Assembly: GCA_041657955.1 (NCBI GenBank)
Contig: JBBABA010000001.1
Coordinates: 106,419 to 170,418, forward strand
Length of the DNA stretch: 64,000 bases
Source of the DNA: Thermoplasmata archaeon
Lineage (GTDB): Archaea; Thermoplasmatota; JASEFT01; JBBABA01
Direction of reading: 5' to 3'
The notes under the pieces were generated by a model. It did no database searches. It saw only the letters and a list, made by a program, of their open reading frames with translations, and was not told the DNA's origin. The translations under genes and the position numbers were made by a program. Position 1 is the first letter of the stretch. Every line of letters starts with the position of its first letter. Below are positions 10,180 through 19,856 of the stretch, piece by piece.

Positions 10180-11352
10180 ATGAATATATTATTTCTTACA
10201 AGTAATTTGAGGAAATGTTCTGGAGGCCCTGTAAGATATATTTTAAAATTGGCAGAATATTTGAGTAGGCACGGGCACGATGTACATATTTTATCGTTTC
10301 GTACGAGTAAAAATGAGTATACGCCATATGCCGGAGTAGTTAATCATAAATTAAACATAGAGATCGATGATAGAATGAATTTATTTAGAACGATTCTACC
10401 TTTATTACGGGAAACAAAAAAGATAATTCAAGAAAATAACATCGAGATCCTACATATGAACACTACTCTCTCAAATATACTTGGAGTACTGATGAAAAGT
10501 AAAAAGAACAATCTTGTGCTCGTTAGGGCGGTACTTGGCTGGCATGTGGAAATTAAAAACCACTCGAAAGCACAGAATAGATATGTTCGCCAAATACAAC
10601 AACAAATATTGGCAAATTCAAGGACGTTTTTGGAAAAAATCACAATAATGAATAACGATGCAACAATTACTGTTAGTCCAGAATTGCGGGAGTATGCAAT
10701 AAACTGTGGTGCAAACCCAAAAAGAATTTCAGTAATACCCTGCGGTGTAGATATTCTCCCTTTGCCGTTGTTGGAAAGAAAAGAAGAAACGATGAATAAA
10801 TTACACTTGGAATTAAAGCCAACGATTGTGTTTATAGGATCTATCCGAAAAACTAAAGGCATAGGTTATTTGCTACAGGCAGCAAAGCGTCTTCCTGATT
10901 ATCAATTTATTCTAATCGGAGAAGGCCCAGATTTAGATGCCTATAAAGATTTTGCGAAAAAACTGGAAATTACAAACATTAGGTTTGAGGGGTATGTAGA
11001 AGACGAATTGTTACATGAATATTTTGCTGTTGCTGATTTATTCTGCTTGCCATCGTTCTTAGAGGGTGTTCCAATGGCGATGTTGGAAGCGATGAGTTAT
11101 GGAGTTCCACCGCTGGTTACAAATATTGGTGGGAACCCTACTGTGATTGAACATGGTAGGAATGGGTATTTAATACCACCAGGGAATAGTGCAGCCATAA
11201 GACACGCGATAAAAGAGTTGTTTGATAATCCCGATAAATTAAAGAGTATTGGTGAAAACGCTAGAAAAACGATAGAGAGTAAATATGCGTGGGATATAGT
11301 TTCAAAACAGATAGAAAAGGTATATTTGACGAGTTTAGATGATAGAGAATGA
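10180..11352 (+). CDS. Glycosyltransferase family 4
   Basis: FIGSIRKTKG, DLFCLPSFLEGVPMAMLEAMSYG. Confidence 0.92.
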   Translation: MNILFLTSNLRKCSGGPVRYILKLAEYLSRHGHDVHILSFRTSKNEYTPYAGVVNHKLNIEIDDRMNLFRTILPLLRETKKIIQENNIEILHMNTTLSNILGVLMKSKKNNLVLVRAVLGWHVEIKNHSKAQNRYVRQIQQQILANSRTFLEKITIMNNDATITVSPELREYAINCGANPKRISVIPCGVDILPLPLLERKEETMNKLHLELKPTIVFIGSIRKTKGIGYLLQAAKRLPDYQFILIGEGPDLDAYKDFAKKLEITNIRFEGYVEDELLHEYFAVADLFCLPSFLEGVPMAMLEAMSYGVPPLVTNIGGNPTVIEHGRNGYLIPPGNSAAIRHAIKELFDNPDKLKSIGENARKTIESKYAWDIVSKQIEKVYLTSLDDRE

Positions 11353-11840
11353 ACATATCGATGCTTTTTTATGTGGACGATATGGAGAGCACATGTGGCG
11401 ATTCTACACATTTTAGGGCGAACTAAACGACACAGTTATTGATCTAGACCTCGAGGATCAAAGCAAGGGCGTAGTGGATTAAAATGCCCTGTAAAAATAT
11501 AGCAACCATAGCAACCTATCCGAAATATATCTAGTTTCTAGATATTTATTCGGTGCGTGGAGAGAGTGAGCGAGTTTAGTACAAATAAGATCGGTCTATT
11601 AACACAAAGCATCTATGAAAATAATGACTAGGTAGTTATTTGATTGGTAGTGATATTGGGAATTCACTATATGCCAACATGCTGATATGGGGAATAGATT
11701 AATTGTAGCACTCAACGTATCTTTGCGAAAAATATATCTCCCACATAGGCAATGTGATTGAGGATTTACTCATAAAATTTGGAAAATATTGTAGCATCAG
11801 GGAAAAGGGATTTCTGGCCCTATGATACTATGAGGCGTCT

Positions 11841-12986
11841 ATGCATGTAATCTGCGCGTTTGATGGAGTAAAAGGTGCACCTAAGATTCATACATACAAT
11901 ACCTGTAAGCACCTAGTTAAACTTGGACACACTGTTGATTTAATCACGACAGTACCACCTGAAGAATTCAAAAATATAGGTGTAAAAATTATAAAAGTGA
12001 AAGACATAAACTTAAAAGAATCTATTCTAAAAACAATTCTTAAAAACACTTTTTTCACTCTTAACTCGCTATTTAGAACGTGTGACATTTTCTATACGCG
12101 GAATTGTCTATTGGCTTCGTTGTTTAAGTTACTTAGACCTACCACGTCCGTCGCATGTGAGGTCAATGGTTTGCGCTATGTCGAACTTCCTATATCGGGA
12201 TGTAAAAATACAGTAAGGATAAAAATTGTGGCTTTTCTCGAAATAAAACTTATGCCCTTCTTAGTTGACGCGGTTATCGTAGTTACAAAAGGATTAGGGG
12301 ACACCATGGTAAAAGGCGGAGCGCCTAAAAACAAGATTTTCTTGGTTCGAAATGGCGTGAATCATCAACTATTCAAACCCATTAGAGACCAAAAGAGCAT
12401 TCGCGCCCTCTATGGTATTTCAGAAAATGAGACAGTAATAATATTTGTGGGTAAGGTATGTGCATGGCATGGTGTAGAACATACTTTTGGAATATTTGCG
12501 CGGGTTTTGATGGAAAAAAAAAATGTCAAACTCTTTTTTGTAGGCGATAAAAAAGAAGAACTCGATACAAAACTTCGAATGATGATAGACGAACTCTCGC
12601 TGACTGAGAATATAATTTTCACAGGCTGGATGGATAACAAGGATGTCTCCGACTGCATAATGGCTGCAGATGCAGGTATTCATACCGGTATGCACGGCTA
12701 TGAGCTAAACCCCTTTAAAGTGCTCGAATACATGGCCGCCGGCAAACCCGTCATAGGAAGTAAATTTGGTCTGGAAGAGTTGATAGCAAAAAGCGAGGGG
12801 GGGATTATTATAAACCCCCTAAATTATGAAGAGAGCGCAAAACAGATTCGCGAGCTTGTAAACGACAAGGATAAAATGAAAAAACTTGGAGAAAACGGTA
12901 GAATCTATATACACCAAAATCATGATTGGATGAAAGTGACGAGAGATTTGGAAAAGGTTTTTGATGTTGTTGTAAAAAATAAGTGA
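11841..12986 (+). CDS. Glycosyltransferase family 4
   Basis: EVNG, VRNGVN, FVGKVCAWHG, PFKVLEYMAAGKPVI. Confidence 0.9.
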   Translation: MHVICAFDGVKGAPKIHTYNTCKHLVKLGHTVDLITTVPPEEFKNIGVKIIKVKDINLKESILKTILKNTFFTLNSLFRTCDIFYTRNCLLASLFKLLRPTTSVACEVNGLRYVELPISGCKNTVRIKIVAFLEIKLMPFLVDAVIVVTKGLGDTMVKGGAPKNKIFLVRNGVNHQLFKPIRDQKSIRALYGISENETVIIFVGKVCAWHGVEHTFGIFARVLMEKKNVKLFFVGDKKEELDTKLRMMIDELSLTENIIFTGWMDNKDVSDCIMAADAGIHTGMHGYELNPFKVLEYMAAGKPVIGSKFGLEELIAKSEGGIIINPLNYEESAKQIRELVNDKDKMKKLGENGRIYIHQNHDWMKVTRDLEKVFDVVVKNK

Positions 12987-13285
12987 TTGTTTGAATTGAA
13001 ACTTTCAATCAACAAAATTTTCGCATATATGCATTAAGACAATAGACGTTCTAGAAACGAAATTATTTTATAAATAGGACAACCCTCTTTTTAGTAAAGT
13101 TTCATTTATGCCAACCAACTTCTCAAAGTTTCTATCATAATTCGCTCTTTCTTGCGCAACCTGTTGTCGCAAGCAACATAAAAGGCGTCGACGACTTACT
13201 TACTCACTATTAGATAATTTAAAATATCTAACTATCGTTCTTATCCTTACTATTATATCGACACCATATCACAAATCAATAGCAT

Positions 13286-14293
13286 ATGTCGGGGAGTGAG
13301 AAGAAGATGAAATGGAGTAACAAACGAGTCCTAGTTACAGGCGCCGGAGGTTTTATAGGAAGTCATCTTGTTGAGTCTCTACTAGAGATGGATGCCGATG
13401 TTGTGGCTTTTGTTCGCTACAATTCTCGAAACGATTGGGGTGCGATTGAGTTCTTATCGAAGGAGCAATTATCCTCAATTACTATCGTGGCAGGAGATCT
13501 CAGAGATGTTGACGCAGTTAGAAGAGCGATGAAGGATGTAGATATCGTTTTTCATCTTGGTGCATTAATTGGGATCCCATATTCCTATGTAAACCCTAGG
13601 GAAGTTGTTGATGTAAATATTATGGGTACGCTAAATATACTCCAGGCCGGAGTGGATTTGTGCCCTGAGAAGATTATCCACACATCTACAAGTGAGATTT
13701 TCGGGACAGCGCAATATGTCCCCATTGACGAAAAACATCCAGTTAACCCACAATCCCCCTATGCAGCAAGTAAGGTGGGGGCGGATTTCTTGGCACTTTC
13801 CTTTTATCGATCCTTCGATTTACCAGTATCTATTTTGCGACCGTTTAATACATACGGACCCCGTCAATCGGCACGTGCAGTAATACCAACAATAATAACC
13901 CAAGCCCTCACCACAGATGTTATTAAACTAGGAAATCTAACATCGACGCGGGATCTGACGTTTGTAAAGGACACCGCGAAAGGTTTTATAAAGTTGGCCG
14001 AAAGTAACGTGGTTGGGCAAACAATTAACATCGGTTCAAACATCGAGATTTCTATAGGTGACCTTGCAAAAAAGATTATTAAATTGACTGGGAAGGACGT
14101 CAAAATAATTTCCGAGGAAAAAAGAAAAAGACCCCCAAAAAGCGAAGTGGAACGTCTCCGTATAGATAATTCCAATGCCAAAAAAGCAATTGGGTGGGAA
14201 CCCACCACTTCACTCGAAGTGGGTCTAAGAAAAACAATCGATTGGATTTCACAAAACCTAGATTTATACAAAATAGATCGATATGTTGTATGA
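13286..14293 (+). CDS. NDP-sugar 4,6-dehydratase (LegB-like extended SDR)
   Basis: VTGAGGFIGS, VRYNSR, LGALIGIPYSY, TSTSE, QSPYAASK, RPFNTYGPRQSARAVIP. Confidence 0.88.
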   Translation: MSGSEKKMKWSNKRVLVTGAGGFIGSHLVESLLEMDADVVAFVRYNSRNDWGAIEFLSKEQLSSITIVAGDLRDVDAVRRAMKDVDIVFHLGALIGIPYSYVNPREVVDVNIMGTLNILQAGVDLCPEKIIHTSTSEIFGTAQYVPIDEKHPVNPQSPYAASKVGADFLALSFYRSFDLPVSILRPFNTYGPRQSARAVIPTIITQALTTDVIKLGNLTSTRDLTFVKDTAKGFIKLAESNVVGQTINIGSNIEISIGDLAKKIIKLTGKDVKIISEEKRKRPPKSEVERLRIDNSNAKKAIGWEPTTSLEVGLRKTIDWISQNLDLYKIDRYVV

Positions 14294-14304
14294 GGGTGAT
14301 CTAA

Positions 14305-15027
14305 ATGAAGGTAGTAATACTGGCGGGGGGTAAAGGAACTAGACTGCTTCCATATACTACAGTTTATCCTAAACCGTTGGTTCCGATAGGCGATAGACCT
14401 ATACTCGAAATTCTTATTCGACAACTAGCAAAGAACGGTTTCGATGAGATTATACTCGCGGTAGGTCATCTCGCGGAGCTGATTCAAGCTTTTTTTGGGG
14501 ACGGGAGCAAGTACGGCATAAAGATAGAATATTCTAAGGAGGATAAGCCACTGGGCACAGCAGCCCCCATTCTGAAAATTAGGGATAAGTTGAATGAAAC
14601 GTTCATTATGATGAATGGTGACATTCTAACAACACTAGATTTCTCCGCCTTAGTCCATTATCATCAGAAAAATAAGGCGGCAGCTACGGTTGCGTTAAAT
14701 AAAAGAGACGTAAACATAGATTATGGTGTGGTCGAGGTAGATTCTAAACAAAACATACATGAATGGAAAGAAAAACCGAAGATTAGTTATAATGTCAGCA
14801 TGGGGGTATACGTTCTTGAGCCGGAGGTTTTAGACTATGTGCCTCAAAATCAGCCCTATGATTTGCCGGAACTAATAAGAGATTTAATCAATAACAATAA
14901 GATTGTAAAAGGGTATCTATATGATGGGTATTGGTTGGATATTGGTAGACCAGAAGACTATAAAAAAGCGGTTGAGGAAAAGAACCCACAGGAATTGATT
15001 GAATGGATCTTAAAGGGAAAAAAATAG
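14305..15027 (+). CDS. Sugar-1-phosphate nucleotidyltransferase
   Basis: ILAGGKGTRLLPYT..PKPL, EDKPLGTA, MNGD, WLDIGRPEDY; SD GGGTGA upstream. Confidence 0.9.
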   Translation: MKVVILAGGKGTRLLPYTTVYPKPLVPIGDRPILEILIRQLAKNGFDEIILAVGHLAELIQAFFGDGSKYGIKIEYSKEDKPLGTAAPILKIRDKLNETFIMMNGDILTTLDFSALVHYHQKNKAAATVALNKRDVNIDYGVVEVDSKQNIHEWKEKPKISYNVSMGVYVLEPEVLDYVPQNQPYDLPELIRDLINNNKIVKGYLYDGYWLDIGRPEDYKKAVEEKNPQELIEWILKGKK

Positions 15028-15863
15028 TAGTTACTGGAAGTGCGGGATTCATAGGGAGTCGTGTTGTAGTTAAGTTGAAAGAAGAAGGAGCAGAGGTTAT
15101 AGAATTTGATATAAAAAATAAAATCGATCTTACTGAATGGAAAACAATCCCAAAAACAGATGGTGTTGACATCATTTACCACTTAGCCGCGATAATGTAT
15201 GTACCATATTCGTTTCAACACCCAAGAGAAACTTATTTTACAAATATCGGAAGCACAATAAACATGTTAGAATTATGTAGAAACAACAACGCAAGAATGA
15301 TTCTTGCAAGCTCCTATGTTTACGGAGATCTAAGTGGTGTGTCAATCAATGAAAGTTGTCCGATTAATCCTACAAATCCATATATGGTAAGCAAGGTCGT
15401 CTGCGAAGAGTTATGCAAATCCTATCATGACGACTATGGTATTAGTTGTACAATCTTAAGGCCGTTTAATATCTACGGTGAAGGACAGGACGATAGGTTT
15501 CTAATCCCGCATATAATAAAGCAAATCGAAGAGAATGGCAAAATTGTTTTAGACAATTCAAATCCTAAAAGAGATTTTTTGCATATCGATGATATGGTGA
15601 ATGCCTATATCAAAGCGGGAGAATATGACAAATCGAAATTCGAGATTATAAATATAGGATACGGAAAAAGTTACAGCGTAAGAGAGATCGTGGATATAAT
15701 AGTTAGTTGTTATAATAGAACGATCGAGGTTACATATCTTAACAAAAGAAGAAAGGGCGAGATTATGGATACAGTTGCTGACATTTCGAAAGCAAAGAGA
15801 TTGCTGGGGTGGGTGCCAAATGTGAGCGTTAAAGAGGGATTAAGACGGATGGTTGGCAAATAA
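15003..15863 (+). CDS. NAD-dependent sugar epimerase/dehydratase
   Basis: VTGSAGFIG, YMVSK, RPFNIYGEGQ, RDFLHIDD. Confidence 0.88.
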   Translation: MDLKGKKIVVTGSAGFIGSRVVVKLKEEGAEVIEFDIKNKIDLTEWKTIPKTDGVDIIYHLAAIMYVPYSFQHPRETYFTNIGSTINMLELCRNNNARMILASSYVYGDLSGVSINESCPINPTNPYMVSKVVCEELCKSYHDDYGISCTILRPFNIYGEGQDDRFLIPHIIKQIEENGKIVLDNSNPKRDFLHIDDMVNAYIKAGEYDKSKFEIINIGYGKSYSVREIVDIIVSCYNRTIEVTYLNKRRKGEIMDTVADISKAKRLLGWVPNVSVKEGLRRMVGK

Positions 15864-15993
15864 TTTCATTACTAACGATAAACTCCGAGACCAAACGAGT
15901 AGAAATGGAGGGAGAGTCATTGAAGAAAAATACAGCTGGAAATGTATTACCGGGGGCGTCGAAGAGTTGTGCAAAAACGCATTAAACCAGTAA
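15862..15993 (+). pseudogene. C-terminal relic of a GT4 glycosyltransferase
   Basis: Manual translation NDKLRDQTSRNGGRVIEEKYSWKCITGGVEELCKNALNQ* matches the typical GT4 tail pattern; no start codon. Confidence 0.6.
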
Positions 15994-16101
15994 TGTAGCT
16001 GATACTGACACAAATATAAAAATAACAGGACTTGTTATGCTATCGTTTAGAGGCACAACTAATACATAATTCAAACCAAATTGTGAGAGAAACACCACAT
16101 A

Positions 16102-16178
16102 ATTGCCAAGGAAAGGGCCGACTGGGGAAAAACTTCGCTAAATTGGAAGAGATGTACAGGAAGTTACTTGCAACTTGA
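16102..16178 (+). pseudogene. Frameshifted relic of the 3' end of a paralog of the GT4 at 54684-55802
   Basis: IAKERADW/G..NFAKLEEMYRKLLAT* versus IAKERADWEKNFAKLEEMYQKLLAT*; 1-nt deletion. Confidence 0.85.
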
Positions 16179-16202
16179 AACTACAGTAATATAGGTATTA
16201 AC

Positions 16203-18281
16203 TCAAAGTGCCAAATCTTTATTTAGTGCTAATGCCCAGAGCGTATAACCTATTTCATATGAACCTTTAAATGCGCCGAACCCGTCTTTAGATTGCACGT
16301 TACCTTTATTGTCAACACACCTATAGGAAAAGAATGCCCCTGTTGAATTATAATTGTGAACATACATATCAATTTCTGCGGAATTGTGATCTACGAGAAA
16401 TTTCCAAGCCGATATGGCATTGGGTGTATAGTCATATCTGCCACCGGATAGGATGTACAAATATCTGGAGCATATAAGAAAAAGCATCTGATGAATTTCA
16501 AAGAAGGTTTCAGTATTTTTAGTATTCCATTTCAAGCCTCCATTTGGAAGAAGCAGATTTCTGATTACCCAATCAAAATTTTTCTTCGCTGAAAGAAGGT
16601 ATTCATCAGAACCCGTTGCCTTATTTGCCAATAGAAGGGCTATATCCGCTTTCAATTGATTCTGAATCGCGGTTCTATATTCTCTTGGTTTGAATGGGAA
16701 TAGTCCATCTTTTAGTTGATGGTTAATGAATTCCATAGCATAATTGTGTATCTCTGTTTGCAGTTTACTTATGTGCTCCGTATCATCTAACAGTTTATAG
16801 ACTAACAAAAGATTTGCATACGCACGCAGAATCACAGAATGATGGTCTTCGAACATCGGAGTAAATTTAGATGAAGTAAAATTATATAATTTATTTATAT
16901 CATGAAGAATCTGCTCAGTCAGTTTAGGATCTTTGTCTTTGAAATACAGGTATCCCAATGCTAAAGATGATAAAGTTGCCCCACATTCATATTCTTCGCT
17001 AGTATGTGCATGCCCATCCGGGACACCATCTATTTTACCTTCCTGATTTATTTTTGAATGAATATATCTCAATTCATTTTTGAGATTTTCATCAAGTGAC
17101 GCATCACCTGTTACTATTGCATAGTGTGTGCCTCCTTCCTGCAATTCTACAGCGTATTTCCAGTCGTGTGGTACATAACCAGACCAATCAGTTCCAGTCC
17201 AATTCAGTTGCCTAATCCAGTTCTGGCGATCCGGGTCCCAAAACCCTTTCTGTTTGTATCCTTTTTTAATGTGCAACACTTGCTCTTCCAAATAATTATG
17301 TCGAGTGTCAGAATACATAGAATGGTAATTTGTAATATAATGTATCAATTTTTGGTCAGTAGCTTTGTACTCATCTTCGGTAGTATATATTGTTATCTTT
17401 CTTTCAAGAAGCTCTTTATACGCATCGAAGAATTCTTTTATGTTCATAATCCAGGACCTTGCATCTCCGACATACCCAAATTTAACAACTCCTCTATCGG
17501 TTAAAAAATCTGTAACAAAATTTCTAATCCAGTCCCCCCCCGGTCTCTTCTCGATCCTTGTTCGAGCCACCTTGGGATCCAGTGGCGTTACATTCATAAT
17601 TTTTATTTTTCCATTATCAATTACTTTTGCATTATATACTTTATCCATATAGACATTGATGGGAAATGGTTTAATCACATCTTCAGCTATGTGATATAAA
17701 CTTAATTTATCAAATCCTATCCCAATTCCAAGAACCTTTCCTCCGTACTCCATAATGTTGTACATGGGTGTTCCGGCTCCAAAATTTGAAGAACACTCAT
17801 TATGTCCCGCAGTAATTATTTTAGCTTTTGCGCCGAGAGCACATACCGAACTTGTAGGATGAATGCTTCTGAATACTCCGCTTCTTTTTCTAAATGTTTC
17901 TGGGATTAAACCAAGTGTTGATGGAGCTATGTTTGGGTCGAAGACTTCATTTTTTTCGAGGGTATCAACCATCCTCCCCCCCACGGGCATTGAAAATGCA
18001 GGCATTGCCAAAGTTCCATCATGCCCAATAACTTCGATTAACGCATTTATTATGGTATCTGCACCACCCTCGACATTACCAATGCTTCTAAGAGAACTCT
18101 GAACAAAAAGAATGTCCCCAGAACGAACCCCCATATCCTTTAAATCATCTGCAATCTCAGATTTCGATATTGGTCTATTTGAAAAGGTTTTATAATCCCC
18201 TCTTAGACGCTTAACAATTTTTATCACTCTTTTTTTTGCGTTTATTGGAAGTTTGTGATACATTTTTTTAATAATTGACAT
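16203..18281 (-). CDS. AAC(3)/YokD-family N-acyltransferase fused to a ~390-aa helical C-terminal domain
   Basis: GDILFVQSSLRSIG..GGADTII..GTLAMPAFS..GLIPETFR..RSIHPTSS..YHIAE. The C-terminal half is helical and Trp/Tyr rich (NFDWV, NGGLKW, SAWKFL). Confidence 0.8.
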   Translation of the reverse strand: MSIIKKMYHKLPINAKKRVIKIVKRLRGDYKTFSNRPISKSEIADDLKDMGVRSGDILFVQSSLRSIGNVEGGADTIINALIEVIGHDGTLAMPAFSMPVGGRMVDTLEKNEVFDPNIAPSTLGLIPETFRKRSGVFRSIHPTSSVCALGAKAKIITAGHNECSSNFGAGTPMYNIMEYGGKVLGIGIGFDKLSLYHIAEDVIKPFPINVYMDKVYNAKVIDNGKIKIMNVTPLDPKVARTRIEKRPGGDWIRNFVTDFLTDRGVVKFGYVGDARSWIMNIKEFFDAYKELLERKITIYTTEDEYKATDQKLIHYITNYHSMYSDTRHNYLEEQVLHIKKGYKQKGFWDPDRQNWIRQLNWTGTDWSGYVPHDWKYAVELQEGGTHYAIVTGDASLDENLKNELRYIHSKINQEGKIDGVPDGHAHTSEEYECGATLSSLALGYLYFKDKDPKLTEQILHDINKLYNFTSSKFTPMFEDHHSVILRAYANLLLVYKLLDDTEHISKLQTEIHNYAMEFINHQLKDGLFPFKPREYRTAIQNQLKADIALLLANKATGSDEYLLSAKKNFDWVIRNLLLPNGGLKWNTKNTETFFEIHQMLFLICSRYLYILSGGRYDYTPNAISAWKFLVDHNSAEIDMYVHNYNSTGAFFSYRCVDNKGNVQSKDGFGAFKGSYEIGYTLWALALNKDLAL

Positions 18282-18478
18282 ATTTGTCCTCTATGGTTAT
18301 TACCTCTATAAAAAATCACTCATTGAAAGTATAACATTGTTGTAGATTTCAACCGTGGCCATCGCCACGTATTGTTCGCGGCTAACCATTAAATTAAATA
18401 TCTCACTTTTCACATTCGGCGCTATCTTAATGCCCCATAGGAATTCTCAATAGTATTTTAGTTTTTTCTTAATGAACC

Positions 18479-19222
18479 TCACATATAATATCCACCATTC
18501 AGATTAATCACCTGACCAGTTATGTAACCCGCGTCGTCAGAAGCGAGATATGCAACCAAACTACCTACTTCTTCAGGTTTTCCAAAACGACCAAGGGGTA
18601 TTTGAGATAATATCGAGTCTTGCATTTCTTGTGGCAACCGTTTGAGCATACCTTCATAAATATATCCAAGCGCGATTGCATTGACAGTTATTCCTTTTTT
18701 TGCAACTTCTTTTGCTGTTGCTTTTGTAAAGCCGATAACTCCTGCTTTAGATGCAGCATAGTTTGCGGCACCTGCTACGCCGATTTGACCGACCACCGAC
18801 GTTATATTGATTATTCTGCCACTTTTTTGGTTACGCATGATATCGATTACTGATTTTGTGCAATTGAAAGTTCCCGTTAGATTTGTGCTTATTACTTCGT
18901 CCCATGTCTCGTCCGTCATTTTTGCAATCGTACTATCCTTGAATATCCCCGCATTGTTGACAAGTATATCGATTCTTGCAAACTCCTTTAAAGTTACGTC
19001 CACCATCTTTTTTACTTGCTCATAACTCGATACATCCGCCCCTATAACGATTGCGCGTCTGCCCATATCTTTGATAGAATTTGCAACGTTCTCTGCGGCT
19101 TGCCTATCTTGCTTATAGTTGACTACAACATCTGCCCCTTCCTTAGCCAGGGTTAAGGCGATAGTTTGGCCAATACCTCTCGAACCACCAGTCACTATAG
19201 CTACTTTATTATCTAGCTTCAT
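18479..19222 (-). CDS. fabG: FabG/PhaB-like 3-oxoacyl reductase (classical SDR)
   Basis: MKLDNKVAIVTGGSRGIG, NNAG, NYAASKAG, YITGQVINLNGG; start corrected to ATG 19222. Confidence 0.85.
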   Translation of the reverse strand: MKLDNKVAIVTGGSRGIGQTIALTLAKEGADVVVNYKQDRQAAENVANSIKDMGRRAIVIGADVSSYEQVKKMVDVTLKEFARIDILVNNAGIFKDSTIAKMTDETWDEVISTNLTGTFNCTKSVIDIMRNQKSGRIINITSVVGQIGVAGAANYAASKAGVIGFTKATAKEVAKKGITVNAIALGYIYEGMLKRLPQEMQDSILSQIPLGRFGKPEEVGSLVAYLASDDAGYITGQVINLNGGYYM

Positions 19223-19248
19223 TTTTCTACCACCATTATTACTCAAAC

Positions 19249-19290
19249 TGTGTAAATCAAGGAGATATGTCACCCCTTGCGCAGTTACTG
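19249..19290 (+). repeat. Left copy of a ~43-bp inverted repeat (IS-end-like, begins TGT)
   Basis: TGTGTAAATCAAGGAGATATGTCACCCCTTGCGCAGTTACTG; its reverse complement matches 24291-24333 with 3 mismatches and 1 indel. Confidence 0.85.
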
Positions 19291-19371
19291 TTACGGTCAT
19301 TCTCCAATTTAAGTCCTTTGACGAATTTCTCGAACCAACAGTTATCTGCCTCGCCCGAATACTTACTCTCT

Positions 19372-19811
19372 GGCTTGTGTAGAAACCCTTCACAGCTAAT
19401 AAAACAACAATCAACTCATCCTACATAATACATAGAAGTTGTATGCCAAGAACTTTGTCATCAGATATCTCTTCTGTGCTCTTATTCCTTTGCTAGGAAC
19501 ATACTCGCCGAACATCCTTTTTATCACGGAGTTTCCAATACTACAAAATTCGTTTCAGAATTTTGTACGTACTATGAAATCTCCAGCGAGATTTCATACG
19601 TTTGTATAGAGTTTTTACGAAAAACTCCATAGTCGTACAAACTTTGCTTCTGGCAAAGTTTGTAGATATCGAGTATTTGCTTGTGTGTTCCGGTATGCCG
19701 TTTCTTTTAAGTATTCCTAAACCATATTGTATAACCAACGAGGCTCGCATCCCATCCACCTCAAACAGATGGGTGGGGGATTTGTCTCCAGATTAGGGTT
19801 TCTACAAAGCC
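19372..19811 (-). mobile_element. Internally deleted IS5-family element (MITE-like) carrying a hairpin array
   Basis: TIRs GGCTTGTGTAGAAACCCT (19372-19389) and AGGGTTTCTACAAAGCC (19795-19811). Putative 5' transposase piece MRASLVIQYGLGILKRNGIPEHTSKYS (19750-19670). 3' piece IGNSVIKRMFGEYVPSKGIRAQKRYLMTKFLAYNF..* (19539-19411). Confidence 0.8.
19541..19665. repeat. Array of four tandem stem-loops with a 31-32 nt period and different stem sequences
   Basis: TACAAAATTC-gtttca-GAATTTTGTA; TATGAAATCTC-cagc-GAGATTTCATA; TATaGAGTTTTT-acg-AAAAACTCcATA; TACAAACTTTGC-ttctg-GCAAAGTTTGTA. Confidence 0.92.
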
Positions 19812-19856
19812 GATGGGACGAAACGTTTTAATATCACACAAACACTCAAACATTGC

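Noticed and set aside
11353..11840. Long intergenic gap as ncRNA or pseudogene
   Set aside because: No recognisable motif, structure or protein similarity by eye.
16203..18281. Aminoglycoside resistance gene
   Set aside because: Family membership alone is insufficient; the fusion and glycan-locus context argue otherwise.
18305..18400. Possible GT4 C-terminal relic on the minus strand (VAMATVEIYNNV)
   Set aside because: Too short and weak to support.
19223..19414. N-terminal extension of the FabG ORF
   Set aside because: It runs through repeat/IS-end sequence; SDR similarity starts at ATG 19222.
19541..19665. CRISPR mini-array interpretation
   Set aside because: No constant repeat with unique spacers and no cas genes; each unit is a different palindrome.
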